Positions 53,265 through 63,696 of a stretch of 64,000 nucleotides of DNA are shown piece after piece. Made by a program: the position numbers and the translations under genes. Numbering within the stretch: position 1 is the first letter of the stretch; every line of letters starts with the position of its first letter. The notes beneath the pieces are model-generated. The model saw nothing but the letters and a program-made list of their open reading frames with translations. It was not told the origin of the DNA and made no database searches. Source of the DNA: Candidatus Nomurabacteria bacterium (GTDB taxonomy: Bacteria; Patescibacteriota; Minisyncoccia; Phycocordibacterales; CAIZLB01); NCBI GenBank assembly GCA_943356525.1, contig CALRFG010000001.1:7278-71277 (forward strand). The letters are read 5' to 3'.

Positions 53265-53834
53265 CTAGATAACTTTGTCAATAATACCATAATCTTTAGC
53301 TTCTTTGGCTGACATAAAGAAGTCTCGGTCTGCATCTTTAACTATTTTGTCATATTTTTGACCTGTATTTTTAACCAAAATCTCATATAAGTTCTTTTTT
53401 GTTTGTAGTATTTTCTTTGTCCTAATTTCAATATCGGAAGCTTGACCCTCATAACCACCTAGAGGTTGATGTATCATTATTTCAGCATTTGGTAGTGCGA
53501 ACCTTTTACCTTTGGCACCAGCTGAGAGTATCATTGCCCCCATAGAAGCAGCCATACCTACGCATATAGTAGATACATCGTTTTTTATATGATTCATTGT
53601 GTCTATTATAGCTAAACCGTCTACTACAGACCCTCCTGGTGAGTTTATGTATAGTTTTATCTCCTTTTTAGGATCCTCAGAGGCAAGAAATAATAGCTGG
53701 GCAATAATCAGACCTGCACTTTCATGCCGAACCTCATCATTCAAGAAGATAATGTTATCTTTTAATAATCTAGAGTATATATCGTATGCTCTTTCCCCTT
53801 GGGGAGTCTTTTCTATTACTGTTGGTATTAACAT
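53265..53834 (-). CDS. clpP: ATP-dependent Clp protease proteolytic subunit
   Basis: Active-site context [10 protein letters not shown] (Ser) and MIHQPLGG (His). ~190 aa. Confidence 0.9.
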   Translation of the reverse strand: MLIPTVIEKTPQGERAYDIYSRLLKDNIIFLNDEVRHESAGLIIAQLLFLASEDPKKEIKLYINSPGGSVVDGLAIIDTMNHIKNDVSTICVGMAASMGAMILSAGAKGKRFALPNAEIMIHQPLGGYEGQASDIEIRTKKILQTKKNLYEILVKNTGQKYDKIVKDADRDFFMSAKEAKDYGIIDKVI

Positions 53835-53899
53835 AGGGTCTATTATAGCAGACTATACAAATTTTTCACGTATTTACCTATATATGTTATATTTTATAT

Positions 53900-54619
53900 A
53901 TGCGTATACACAGGTTTTATATAAAAAATATAGACATAAGTTCAGAAAATACAGTTGTTACACAAGAAACAGAGCTTATTCATCAACTTAAAAATGTTTT
54001 TAGATATAAATCAGGACAAAAAATTTATTTTTTTAATGAGAAAATAGGGGAGATTGAGGTTGAAATATCAGAAATAGGTAAAAAAGACATGTCTTTTAAA
54101 TATATAAGACAAATAAGGAATATGATTGATGACAAAGAACTAGGTAAAAGTGTTTCTTTATACATCTCTACTATAAAAAATAGCAATTTTGAATTGATTA
54201 TTGAAAAAGCAGTTGAGTTGGGTGTTATTGAAATAATACCTATAACAACAGAAAGATCTATGAAAAATAGTCCAAACACTCAAAGGATAAATAAAATAAT
54301 CAAAGAGGCTACAGAACAATCAGGTAGGATTGATTTAATGAAAATCGGGGATATTGTTGATTTAAAAAATGCCATAAAAAATGCTAAAGATGTCTCTGAT
54401 ATAGTTTACTTTGGATCCCTTGAAGAAAAAGACATTGAAACTAAAGCTAATAGAAATAATCTGATGAAAATAGCGGTATTTATTGGCCCCGAAGGTGGTT
54501 TTTCTGATGAAGAGCTATCCTTGTTTAAATCTGAAAATGTAAACCCTTTAAGGCTGGGTAAGTATATCTTACGTGCTGAAACTGCTTCTATTGTAGCTTG
54601 TGGAATACTGTCTCTATAA
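53900..54619 (+). CDS. rsmE: 16S rRNA (uracil1498-N3)-methyltransferase RsmE
   Basis: N-terminal RIHRFYI, C-terminal SPOUT fold, and GPEGGFS. Confidence 0.75.
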   Translation: MRIHRFYIKNIDISSENTVVTQETELIHQLKNVFRYKSGQKIYFFNEKIGEIEVEISEIGKKDMSFKYIRQIRNMIDDKELGKSVSLYISTIKNSNFELIIEKAVELGVIEIIPITTERSMKNSPNTQRINKIIKEATEQSGRIDLMKIGDIVDLKNAIKNAKDVSDIVYFGSLEEKDIETKANRNNLMKIAVFIGPEGGFSDEELSLFKSENVNPLRLGKYILRAETASIVACGILSL

Positions 54620-55699
54620 TATTTTTCTTATTAGCCAGATAAATCTTTCGTTAATTTTAGTTAACAAACTTCTATTTTTCCAAGAAGTCAGATTCAGCTT
54701 TTCTGAATAAGCTATTAAATCATTAATTATATGGGTATTTAGCTCCTTTATACAATCAGTATTTAATATACCGACACCGCACTCATAATTGTACCTAAGA
54801 CTAAGGTTATCTAGGTTTAAAGTTCCAATAAATGCTTGCTTATTGTCAAATATTGAAAATTTGCTATGTAACATGTCTTTATGAAAATACACATGTACAC
54901 CAGCACTCAACAGTTTATGTATATGTGTATTTCTTGCCAAATCGACAACAGGTATCTCAGTATTTTTAGGTATTATTATATGTACATTACCATGTCTTTT
55001 AGATGCGTGAATTATTTGCCTAACCATTCTTCTATCAGGTACAAAATAAGGCGATATAAGAAAGACACTTTCTCTAGAAGCTTTTATTAATCTTATGTAA
55101 TATCTATAAATATGTCTTTTAAACTGAAGAGGTGATTGGGTTATATAATTAAAATCTGTCAAAGACATTGATTCCTCTCTTTTTGTTGAACCTATATTGA
55201 AAGTTGGATGATAAACCTTGCTCCACGTTTCATTAAAAACATTTTTGGCATTTATGACAATATCTTTGTCTTTTATAAAAATCCCAAGCTCTTTCCAGTC
55301 TATTGTTACGGAGCTTAAGCAGACACTGCCTGTAAATAGATAATCATCATCTATTATAATTGTTCTTCTATGATCTCTTAAAAACCAAAAAGTTTTTCTG
55401 TTTTTAGAGAAAGGTAATACCGAGTTGAAGAATTGGACTTTTATATTGTGATTTTCTAGTTCTTTCAAGGTTTTACTATTCGTAGAAAATTCATATGAAC
55501 CAACATGATCAAACAATAATCTGATTTTTAAAGCTTCTTTTGCCTTTAGTATCAACAGTTTTAAAATGTCAGATCCGACTTCATCGTTCACAAAGTAATA
55601 TATTTCCACATCTATAGAGTTTTTGGCATTACGTATTCTTTCTTTTATTGAATCTATAGAATCCTTTGATGTAAATGATAATTCGTAGTTTTTATCCAT
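54614..55699 (-). CDS. phospholipase D / cardiolipin synthase-like protein
   Basis: C-terminal HKD motif MLHSKFSIFDNKQAFIGTLNLD. The N-terminal half has a degenerate HxK-like copy (HRRTIIIDD). Confidence 0.65.
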   Translation of the reverse strand: MDKNYELSFTSKDSIDSIKERIRNAKNSIDVEIYYFVNDEVGSDILKLLILKAKEALKIRLLFDHVGSYEFSTNSKTLKELENHNIKVQFFNSVLPFSKNRKTFWFLRDHRRTIIIDDDYLFTGSVCLSSVTIDWKELGIFIKDKDIVINAKNVFNETWSKVYHPTFNIGSTKREESMSLTDFNYITQSPLQFKRHIYRYYIRLIKASRESVFLISPYFVPDRRMVRQIIHASKRHGNVHIIIPKNTEIPVVDLARNTHIHKLLSAGVHVYFHKDMLHSKFSIFDNKQAFIGTLNLDNLSLRYNYECGVGILNTDCIKELNTHIINDLIAYSEKLNLTSWKNRSLLTKINERFIWLIRKIL

Positions 55700-55721
55700 T
55701 TACTTAAGTATAATGGTTATT

Positions 55722-57479
55722 TTAGTCGTTGGCTACCCTCAAAACCTCTTCTATACTAGTTAAGCCTTTTGCGGCTTGCATAATACCATCCTCTATCATT
55801 GTTAGCATACCATCTTTTTTAGCTTGTCTCTCTATTTTATCAGCCGTTTCGTTCTTCATTATCAGTTCCTTTATGGTTAAAGTGACTTTTAAAGCTTCGT
55901 GTATACCAATACGTCCTTTAAAACCATTATTATTTTCATCAACGATATTTGGTTTGTAAAAAATGATATCTTTCCAAGTCATTTTATCATCAATTATTTT
56001 TTCTTTTCTCATAAAAACCAAAACCCTATCCAAATCAATCTTTTTTGCCAATTGACTTAATTCATCATCATTTAACATGTGCTGTATTTTTGTTTCACTC
56101 AATCTTCTTACAAGTCTTTGTGCGATGATAATTTTAATAGTTGAAACAAGTAGAAAAGGTTCACATTTCATATCCATAAGCCGTGGAACAGCTCCTGCTG
56201 CAGAGTTTGTATGTAGAGTAGATAAAACTAAGTGCCCTGTTAAGGCTGCGTTTATAGCCAATGATGCTGTTTCATTGTCACGAATCTCTCCAATCATGAT
56301 TATATCTGGATCCTGACGTAATAATGAACGAAGACCTGAAGCAAATGTGAAACCGATATCAGAACGTATTTGCGTTTGATTTATTCGTTTAATTTGATAT
56401 TCGATCGGATCTTCAACTGTTGAGATGTTTACATCTGGGGTATTCAATATATCTAGCATTGTATACAAAGTCGTTGTCTTGCCTGATCCTGTTGGTCCTG
56501 TGGTTAGAATCATTCCTTCAGAATAGTTCAATGCATCATGCATATCTTCCAAGGCTTGTCCGTGAAAACCAAGACCTTCCAGTGTAAAACCTGACACGTT
56601 TTCACGCAAAAGTCTCATAACTATCTTTTCACCATAATATGTAGGTAAAACCGATACACGGAAAGATATCTTCTCTCCATTCATATCTATTTTGAAACGT
56701 CCATCTTGAGGTAATCTTTTTTCATCAAGTTTTAAATTAGCTAAAACTTTTATACGGGCTGTTATACTAGGACCAGAATTTTTTGGTAAAATCATTGCAT
56801 CATGAAGAAGACCGTCAAGCCTGTATCTTATGATTGTATTTTGATCACCGTGCTCTATATGAATATCAGAAACCCCTTGTATAGCAGCATGATTTAACAA
56901 TGTTTCCACTATCTTGATAACAGGTAAATCATCAGCCATCTTCTTTAAATCCTCTATATTGTCACTATCTATATCCTTTCTATCGCTGTCGATTAGTTTT
57001 AGATTTCCAATTTCTTTTTGAATAATATCACCAAAATCAGCTTTAAGACTTTTTTGATATTGCAGTAACAGGTTTTTAATAGACGCAGTGTTGGTTAATC
57101 TGGGTAAAACCCTTAACCCTGTTTTCTTTTTTATAAAATCTATAGCGTTTAAATCATCACCATCCATCAGGGCTATTTCTAGATAATCATCTTTTTTACT
57201 ATATGCAACTATACTATGCTTTCGTGCTATAGGTTCTGGTATAAGTGATAGAATGTCTATAGCGACCTTGGTTTTAGTTAAATCAACGAAGGGTATACCT
57301 ACTAAATAGGCCTGTATTCTTAAATAATCATCTTCATTTATCTTACCTAGAGCCATCAATGTATCTTGAAGAGGTTTACCTTCTTCCTCAGATTTTTTCT
57401 TAATAGTTTCATACTCCTCTTTGGATATTAAGCCTGAATCTATAATGAATTTGTATAATTGATCTTGATCTATGTGCAT
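55722..57479 (-). CDS. pilB: type IV pilus / type II secretion ATPase, PilB/GspE family (paralog 2)
   Basis: GspE N-domains. Walker A TGPTGSGKTTTLY, Walker B IMIGEIRD. The track start at 57734 adds 85 implausible residues; the Met at 57479 (MHIDQDQLYKF) is the likelier start. Confidence 0.85.
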   Translation of the reverse strand: MHIDQDQLYKFIIDSGLISKEEYETIKKKSEEEGKPLQDTLMALGKINEDDYLRIQAYLVGIPFVDLTKTKVAIDILSLIPEPIARKHSIVAYSKKDDYLEIALMDGDDLNAIDFIKKKTGLRVLPRLTNTASIKNLLLQYQKSLKADFGDIIQKEIGNLKLIDSDRKDIDSDNIEDLKKMADDLPVIKIVETLLNHAAIQGVSDIHIEHGDQNTIIRYRLDGLLHDAMILPKNSGPSITARIKVLANLKLDEKRLPQDGRFKIDMNGEKISFRVSVLPTYYGEKIVMRLLRENVSGFTLEGLGFHGQALEDMHDALNYSEGMILTTGPTGSGKTTTLYTMLDILNTPDVNISTVEDPIEYQIKRINQTQIRSDIGFTFASGLRSLLRQDPDIIMIGEIRDNETASLAINAALTGHLVLSTLHTNSAAGAVPRLMDMKCEPFLLVSTIKIIIAQRLVRRLSETKIQHMLNDDELSQLAKKIDLDRVLVFMRKEKIIDDKMTWKDIIFYKPNIVDENNNGFKGRIGIHEALKVTLTIKELIMKNETADKIERQAKKDGMLTMIEDGIMQAAKGLTSIEEVLRVAND

Positions 57480-57648
57480 ATTATTTAAAATTGACTTTGT
57501 ATACCTTATAGTATAATATACAAATCGTAGTAAATCTATTTTCCAGACATTCTTATATGAGCCGAAGTCGCACTTTCCCAAGGCGACTTTTGTCATTAAT
57601 GTTTCAGAGATTAAATTTATTTTATCAAAATAAAAAAATAAAAAAAAC

Positions 57649-58809
57649 ATGTTTGATTTAAAAACCATAAACCTTGTAATAGAACAGTTGCAAACTGAAA
57701 AAAATATTTCCAAAGAGAAAATAATCGAAGCCATAGAAGCTTCTCTTGCAACAGCTTATAAAAAAGAATATTGCAAAAAATCACAATTTGTTAGATGTGA
57801 GTTTGATTTATCATCTGGTAAAACAGAATTCTATCAAGTCAAAACAGCTATTGACCCAGAAGATATATTAACAGATGAAGATATTGAGGAAATTAAGGAA
57901 AATAATTTAAAAAATATTGATAATGAAGTATTTTTAAATAAAATTAAATTTAACGATGATCAACATATTCTTTTGGCAACAGCTCAAAAAATTAAAAAAA
58001 ATATCAACCCAGGTGAGGAAATAGTTTTTTCATTGGAGCATAAAGATGATTTTGGTCGTATTGCTGCTCAAACCGCAAAACAAATAATCATGCAAAAAAT
58101 AAGAGAAGCTGAGAAAGTTAATCTTGTTGAAGAGTTTGGTGGTAAAACAGGGGAAATAATCTCAGGTACCGTAGAAAGAATAGATAGGGGATCAGTATTT
58201 ATAAATGTAGGAAAAGCTATAGGTGTTATGCCATATGATGAGCAAATAAAAAATGAAAAATTTAAACAAGGAGAAAGAGTTAGGGCTTATCTTGTTGATG
58301 TCGATGATTCAGGTCGTGGAGTATTTTTGAAACTTTCACGCTCACATCCTAGGTTTTTAGCAAAATTGTTTGAGTTTGAAGTTCCTGAAATAAAAACAGG
58401 TATTGTCGAAATAAAATCAGTGGCACGCGAAGCTGGAGCTAGATCAAAAGTTGCCGTTTGGAGTAATGACGAATCTATAGATCCTGTCGGAGCAATGGTT
58501 GGACAAAGAGGTACAAGAGTAAATGTTGTTATGTCTGAACTCCATGGTGAACGAATAGATATAATAGAATATGCAGAAAATATAAATGAGTTTATTGAGA
58601 GAGCACTTTCTCCAGCAAAAATATTGGGAGTTGATGTTGATCAAGATAATAAAGTTGCGCATGCGGTTGTAACAGAAGATCAGCAGTCACTTGCTATCGG
58701 TAAAGGTGGTCAAAATGTACGTCTCGCAGCAAAGCTTACAGGTTACAGGATAGACATAAAGGCAATAGCAGAAGATGAAATAGAGGAAGTTGTAGGGGGG
58801 GAAATTTAG
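57649..58809 (+). CDS. nusA: transcription termination/antitermination factor NusA
   Basis: N-terminal domain, S1 domain (GEIISGTVERIDRGSVFINVG) and two KH domains. Confidence 0.85.
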   Translation: MFDLKTINLVIEQLQTEKNISKEKIIEAIEASLATAYKKEYCKKSQFVRCEFDLSSGKTEFYQVKTAIDPEDILTDEDIEEIKENNLKNIDNEVFLNKIKFNDDQHILLATAQKIKKNINPGEEIVFSLEHKDDFGRIAAQTAKQIIMQKIREAEKVNLVEEFGGKTGEIISGTVERIDRGSVFINVGKAIGVMPYDEQIKNEKFKQGERVRAYLVDVDDSGRGVFLKLSRSHPRFLAKLFEFEVPEIKTGIVEIKSVAREAGARSKVAVWSNDESIDPVGAMVGQRGTRVNVVMSELHGERIDIIEYAENINEFIERALSPAKILGVDVDQDNKVAHAVVTEDQQSLAIGKGGQNVRLAAKLTGYRIDIKAIAEDEIEEVVGGEI

Positions 58810-58856
58810 ATTCAACAGATTCAGATAATTAATAAATAATTTAAAAAATAAAATAT

Positions 58857-59789
58857 ATGATTAAAGTTTTTGGACATAAATCACCAGACACTGATGCTAC
58901 CGTTTCCGCTATAGTATATGCTTGGTATTTAAATACTTTTACATCAACAAAAGCAGAACCTTTCATCTTAGGAGGGTTAAACAAAGAAACACAATTTGTT
59001 TTAAATAAATGGAGTACTAATGAACCTGCACTTCTCGAATCTATTGACGAAAACGATGAGGTTGTAATAGTGGATACAAACAATTCCCAAGAACTGTTTG
59101 ATAATATAAATAATGCAGACATTATACAAATAATAGACCATCATATATTAACAGGAACATTAAAATCTAAAAAACCTATCGACATACATATCAAACCTTT
59201 AGCTTCAACTGCTACAGTTATATACGATATGCTGGGTGCACATGGTGAAAATTTACCAAATGATATTGCCGGATTGATACTATCAAGTATATTATCAGAT
59301 ACGCTGGGTTTTAGATCTCCAACAACAACATCACATGATAAAAATGTTGCAAGTAAATTGGCTGAAAAACTAAATATAAATATAGAAGAATATTCTTTAG
59401 AAATGTTTAATGCTAAATCAGATATATCAGATTTTACTGATACTGGGCTTGTACATTTAGATAGTAAAAAAAGTATGGTAGGTGATAAAAATATTCGCAT
59501 ATCAGTTGTTGAGACAATGAATGTAAAAACTGTATTGGATAGACTTGCAGGAATTATAGAAGCAATGAAGAATATATTAATTGAAGAAACAGATACTGAT
59601 GCAATATTATTTTTTGTTACAGATATTCTTAATGAAGAATCAATAGTGATTGTCTACGACCAGTTTACAAAAGATTTGGTCTCAGCTTCATTTGAGGTTC
59701 GAATAGACAATAATGAAACCACTAAAGTTTTACCAGGAATTATTTCTAGAAAAAAACAAATTATTCCAATGTTAAAATTACCGAACTAA
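58857..59789 (+). CDS. ppaC: manganese-dependent inorganic pyrophosphatase (family II, DHH-DHHA2)
   Basis: VFGHKSPDTDA, VDTNN, DHH. Overall collinear with PpaC through the C-terminal SRKKQIIP. Confidence 0.8.
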   Translation: MIKVFGHKSPDTDATVSAIVYAWYLNTFTSTKAEPFILGGLNKETQFVLNKWSTNEPALLESIDENDEVVIVDTNNSQELFDNINNADIIQIIDHHILTGTLKSKKPIDIHIKPLASTATVIYDMLGAHGENLPNDIAGLILSSILSDTLGFRSPTTTSHDKNVASKLAEKLNINIEEYSLEMFNAKSDISDFTDTGLVHLDSKKSMVGDKNIRISVVETMNVKTVLDRLAGIIEAMKNILIEETDTDAILFFVTDILNEESIVIVYDQFTKDLVSASFEVRIDNNETTKVLPGIISRKKQIIPMLKLPN

Positions 59790-59828
59790 TACTAATAAAC
59801 TTAATAAAAATAAATAATAAATAAAATT

Positions 59829-60878
59829 ATGGCAGAATATAAAATCAAAAAAACAAATACAGATAAAGATTGCGAAGTAACCCTGGAAATAGAAGTGAAG
59901 TCAGATGCTTTAAATAAGTTAAAAGATGAAGCGGTTAAAAGAATAGGTGAGTCTGTTAAGATAGATGGTTTTAGACCAGGAAATATTCCAGCTAAAGTTA
60001 TAGTTGAGAAAGTAGGAGAGTATGCGATATATGAAGAGGCTACTCGTATGTTTATAGATACTAACTTTGTTACCATTTTACAAGATGGAAAATATTTTCC
60101 AATAAATCAGCCAAATATTTCTATAACTAAATTGACACCTGGTGCTGACGCTGAAATTAAAATAGAATTTGCAGTTGCTCCAGAGATTGATGTTGCTGAT
60201 TATAAAAAGATTGCAAAAAAATATAATGAAGAAAAAACTGAAATAAAAGAAGATGTTACTGTTGCTGAGATAGATACTGTTATATTAAATCTACAAAGAG
60301 AAGTTGCTCATCATGAATATCATCAAAATCACGATGATCATGATCATTCACATGGAGAACTTGAACTTCCTGAAGTTGATGAAAATTTTGCAAAAAAAGT
60401 TGGCCCATTTCAAACTGTTGATGAGATGAAAAAAATGATAAAAGAGAATCTATCTCAAAATAAAAATCAAAGAGAAAAAGAAAAAGGTCGTATTAAACTT
60501 ATTGATGAAGTGATAGAAAAATCAAAAATAAAATATCCAGAATTTTTACTAAGATCCGAGCAATCAATCATGCTTGAAGAGTTAAAAGCTGATGTTGCTC
60601 AAAGCGGTCAACCTTTTGGAGACTATCTTAAAATGATAAATAAAACTGAGGATGATATAAAAGAGGAGAGAAAAGAGATGGCTGATAAAAGAGTGAAGAC
60701 ACAACTTGTTTTAAGTAAGATTGCAAATGTGGAAAAACTTAAAGCTGACGAATCTAATGTAAATAATCAAGTTGCTGATATATTGAAAATGCATGTGAAT
60801 GCAGATAAGGATAATGTACGTATGTTTGTGGAGAGATTTGAGCTTAATCAGCTTGTGTGGAAGATGTTGGAGGATTAG
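59829..60878 (+). CDS. tig: trigger factor (short form)
   Basis: N-terminal ribosome-binding domain with GFRPGNIP (the GFRPGKVP signature), then an acidic linker and part of the C-terminal arm. 349 aa. Confidence 0.7.
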   Translation: MAEYKIKKTNTDKDCEVTLEIEVKSDALNKLKDEAVKRIGESVKIDGFRPGNIPAKVIVEKVGEYAIYEEATRMFIDTNFVTILQDGKYFPINQPNISITKLTPGADAEIKIEFAVAPEIDVADYKKIAKKYNEEKTEIKEDVTVAEIDTVILNLQREVAHHEYHQNHDDHDHSHGELELPEVDENFAKKVGPFQTVDEMKKMIKENLSQNKNQREKEKGRIKLIDEVIEKSKIKYPEFLLRSEQSIMLEELKADVAQSGQPFGDYLKMINKTEDDIKEERKEMADKRVKTQLVLSKIANVEKLKADESNVNNQVADILKMHVNADKDNVRMFVERFELNQLVWKMLED

Positions 60879-61050
60879 CTATCCCTGTTTATGTGTGCTA
60901 TACTCAACCCACAAGGGTGTTCCCACAGACTTTGAGAGAATGATAGACCTTGATTTATAACCAATTGCAGTGACTTTCATTGGAATAAATCATATAGTTA
61001 CAAAGTAGTGTTAGTCAGATTAATATAAATAAAAAATAAGAATAAACAAA

Positions 61051-61464
61051 ATGGAAGCAGAAAATACAAAAAAATTATACGTAGGTAATCTATCATGGGG
61101 AATCAATGATGATTCATTGAGAGCAGCATTTGCTGAATTCGGTGAAGTTACATCGGCACAAGTTGCTATTGATAGAATGACAGGTAGATCAAGAGGATTT
61201 GCTTTCGTAGAATTCGCAAACGCAGAAGACGCAGCTAAAGCAGTTGCGGGTCTAGATGGTCACGAATTGGACGGAAGAGAATTGAGAGTAAACATCGCTA
61301 TGCCAAAAACAGAAGGTGGTTCATCAGCTCCAAGAAGATCTTTTGGTGGAGATAGAGGTGGATACAATGGAGGTGGATCAAGAGGTGGACAAGGTGGTGG
61401 ATACTCATCAAGAGGTGGAGACTCAAGAGGTGGACAAGGTGGTGGATACTCAAGAGGATACTAA
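61051..61464 (+). CDS. RRM-type RNA-binding protein with Gly/Arg-rich tail
   Basis: RNP2 LYVGNL and RNP1 RGFAFVEF. C-terminal GGxRGG repeats. Confidence 0.85.
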   Translation: MEAENTKKLYVGNLSWGINDDSLRAAFAEFGEVTSAQVAIDRMTGRSRGFAFVEFANAEDAAKAVAGLDGHELDGRELRVNIAMPKTEGGSSAPRRSFGGDRGGYNGGGSRGGQGGGYSSRGGDSRGGQGGGYSRGY

Positions 61465-61493
61465 TCTCAAACAAATCTATTTTATAGAAACAA

Positions 61494-61522
61494 AAAGCGC
61501 GACAAAACCGCGTTTTTTGTTT
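61494..61522 (+). terminator. rho-independent terminator
   Basis: AAAAGCGCG-ACAAAAC-CGCGTTTTTTG. Confidence 0.6.
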
Positions 61523-61529
61523 ATTATAT

Positions 61530-62753
61530 ATGTATATGAAATTTTCTTACGTTGCAAAGAAATTGGATGAATCAACTTATAAAGGTGTTTTTATTTCAGA
61601 TTCAAAATCAGATTTATTTACTAAGATAAAACAAAGTGGAGATACTTTAGTTTCTTATAAAATTGTCACAGATGATAGACTCAAGGTCTTATGGGAAAAG
61701 TTCTTATCATCATTTTCAAAAGTAAAAATGATAGATAAAATAGTCTTCGCTCAAAATCTAGCAAACATGATTGAGGCAGGTTTATCTCTGACGCGCTCAA
61801 TATCTGTGATGGAAAAACAAAGTAAAAACAAGAAACTTAAAAATATATATCATGAAATAAATTTAGATATATCTGCTGGTAAAACTTTTCATGATGCTTT
61901 AAATAAGTGGAATACTATTTTCCCTCCTGTATTTATATCTATGGTTAAAGCAGGGGAAGAGTCTGGTAATCTTGCAAACTCTTTAAAATCAGTCGCCACT
62001 CAAATGCAAGCAACTTATAAACTTCAAAAGAAAATTAAGAGTGCGATGATCTATCCTTCAGTTATTTTTATTGTTATGATTTTAATTGGAATCATCATGA
62101 TGGTATTTGTCGTTCCTAAACTTACAGCAACTTTTGCTGACGTTAAAGCCGAACTACCTGGTTCAACAAAGTTTGTTATTTTTATGAGTAACTTTTTGAA
62201 AGATCACTATATTTTATTACCATTGGCTTTACTTGCTATAATGTTTGTTATTTATCAAGTCTTACATACAAAACAGGGTAGAAATTTATTCGATAGATTT
62301 GTTATACATTTACCTATATTTGGAACTATTATTAAAGAATCTAACTCTGCCAAAACATCCCGAACACTATCTTCCCTTATAGGTTCAGGTGTAGATCTTA
62401 TACAATCAGTTGATATAACAAGAGAAGTATTACAAAATAATCTTTATAAAGGAGTTATGTCTGAGGTTAGAATAAATGTAGAAAAAGGTAAAGCTATGTC
62501 TGAGATATTTAATAAACATGAAAATCTGTACCCTATATTTGTTTCAGAGATGGTAACCGTCGGTGAGGAAACTGGTAAGCTTTCGACTATGCTTCAAGGG
62601 GTTGCTGTTTTTTATGAAAATGAAGTAGATCAAAAAACTAAAGATTTATCAACAATTATAGAGCCAATACTTATGGTTATTATTGGTATAGCTGTGGGAT
62701 TTTTTGCCATCTCTATGATATCACCGATGTATAGTGTTATGAATAATATATAA
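61530..62753 (+). CDS. pilC: type IV pilus assembly platform protein PilC (GspF family)
   Basis: Two T2SS_F repeats and three TM segments. 407 aa. Confidence 0.85.
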   Translation: MYMKFSYVAKKLDESTYKGVFISDSKSDLFTKIKQSGDTLVSYKIVTDDRLKVLWEKFLSSFSKVKMIDKIVFAQNLANMIEAGLSLTRSISVMEKQSKNKKLKNIYHEINLDISAGKTFHDALNKWNTIFPPVFISMVKAGEESGNLANSLKSVATQMQATYKLQKKIKSAMIYPSVIFIVMILIGIIMMVFVVPKLTATFADVKAELPGSTKFVIFMSNFLKDHYILLPLALLAIMFVIYQVLHTKQGRNLFDRFVIHLPIFGTIIKESNSAKTSRTLSSLIGSGVDLIQSVDITREVLQNNLYKGVMSEVRINVEKGKAMSEIFNKHENLYPIFVSEMVTVGEETGKLSTMLQGVAVFYENEVDQKTKDLSTIIEPILMVIIGIAVGFFAISMISPMYSVMNNI

Positions 62754-62757
62754 AGCA

Positions 62758-63210
62758 GTGATTATAAAAACAAAAACAAAATATATATTACAAAATAAAA
62801 AAGGTTTTTCCTTAATGGAAATAATAGTATCTTTATCTTTATTGGCTATGATATCTAGTCTAATTTTCTTTTCTTTTAATTCTCTAAATAATATACAATC
62901 ACTGAATAAACAGGTTGATTTTATTAAATCATCTATTAACCAAACAAGATTAAATGCAGTTAATTCAAAAAATGTAGTAAATCAAAGTATTAGATTTTCA
63001 ACAAACTCAATTACTTATGATGATAAAATAATAAATTTGGAAAGTAATATCTCTCTAATGTCTAACAACACAGGAACTACAACTATTTATTTTTCCAGAA
63101 TATCTGGTTTTCCAAGTGCTACAGGAACTCTTGTCTATAAGCTTCATAAAGGAAGTACTGTTATAGCAACAAGTAGTATTATTATAAATAATCTAGGTAT
63201 AATAGAATAA
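62758..63210 (+). CDS. type IV prepilin-like protein
   Basis: N-terminal class III signal ...KKGFSLMEIIVSLSLLAMISS (cleavage G|F, Glu+5). Confidence 0.8.
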   Translation: MIIKTKTKYILQNKKGFSLMEIIVSLSLLAMISSLIFFSFNSLNNIQSLNKQVDFIKSSINQTRLNAVNSKNVVNQSIRFSTNSITYDDKIINLESNISLMSNNTGTTTIYFSRISGFPSATGTLVYKLHKGSTVIATSSIIINNLGIIE

Positions 63211-63213
63211 GTA

Positions 63214-63696
63214 ATGAATAGAAAATTGTATCAAAAAGGAATATCGATAGTTGAAGTTGTTATAGCATCAGCAATTATATCCTTAGCTATGATTTCTATT
63301 ACAAATGTTTATGGAAATTTCTTAACCCTATCATTAGCTAATACTGAAAAAGTCCAGGCTGTATTTTTACTTGATGAAGGAGTAGAAGCTATAAAAATAA
63401 TGAGAAATTATTCATGGGCAAGTGTTGCCTCTTCAACTGAAAGTACAAACTATTATCTAACTTGGGAAAACTCACGCTGGATTTCAACAACAACTCCAAA
63501 TACTATAGATGGTAAGTTTATAAGAACATTTACTGTAGCAGATGTTTATCGAGACCCTATTACATTAAACATAGTTAATAGTGGAGGAGTTTTAAATAAT
63601 GATAGTAAGGTAATAAACTTTGACATATCATGGAATCATAAGGGTTCCATATCAAGTAAACAAATAAGTTTTTTTATATTCAATCTATATGAATAA
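63214..63696 (+). CDS. type IV prepilin-like protein (minor pilin)
   Basis: ...QKGISIVEVVIASAIISLAMISI. Confidence 0.75.
   Translation: MNRKLYQKGISIVEVVIASAIISLAMISITNVYGNFLTLSLANTEKVQAVFLLDEGVEAIKIMRNYSWASVASSTESTNYYLTWENSRWISTTTPNTIDGKFIRTFTVADVYRDPITLNIVNSGGVLNNDSKVINFDISWNHKGSISSKQISFFIFNLYE

Noticed and set aside
57480-57734. N-terminal extension of the second pilB ORF
   Set aside because: The 85 extra residues are Phe/Ile-rich junk with no homology. The PilB N-domain begins at MHIDQDQLYKF.
61316-61570. 84-aa ORF overlapping the end of the RRM protein gene
   Set aside because: It is an alternate frame of the GGxRGG repeat region and reads through the terminator, so it is not credible.
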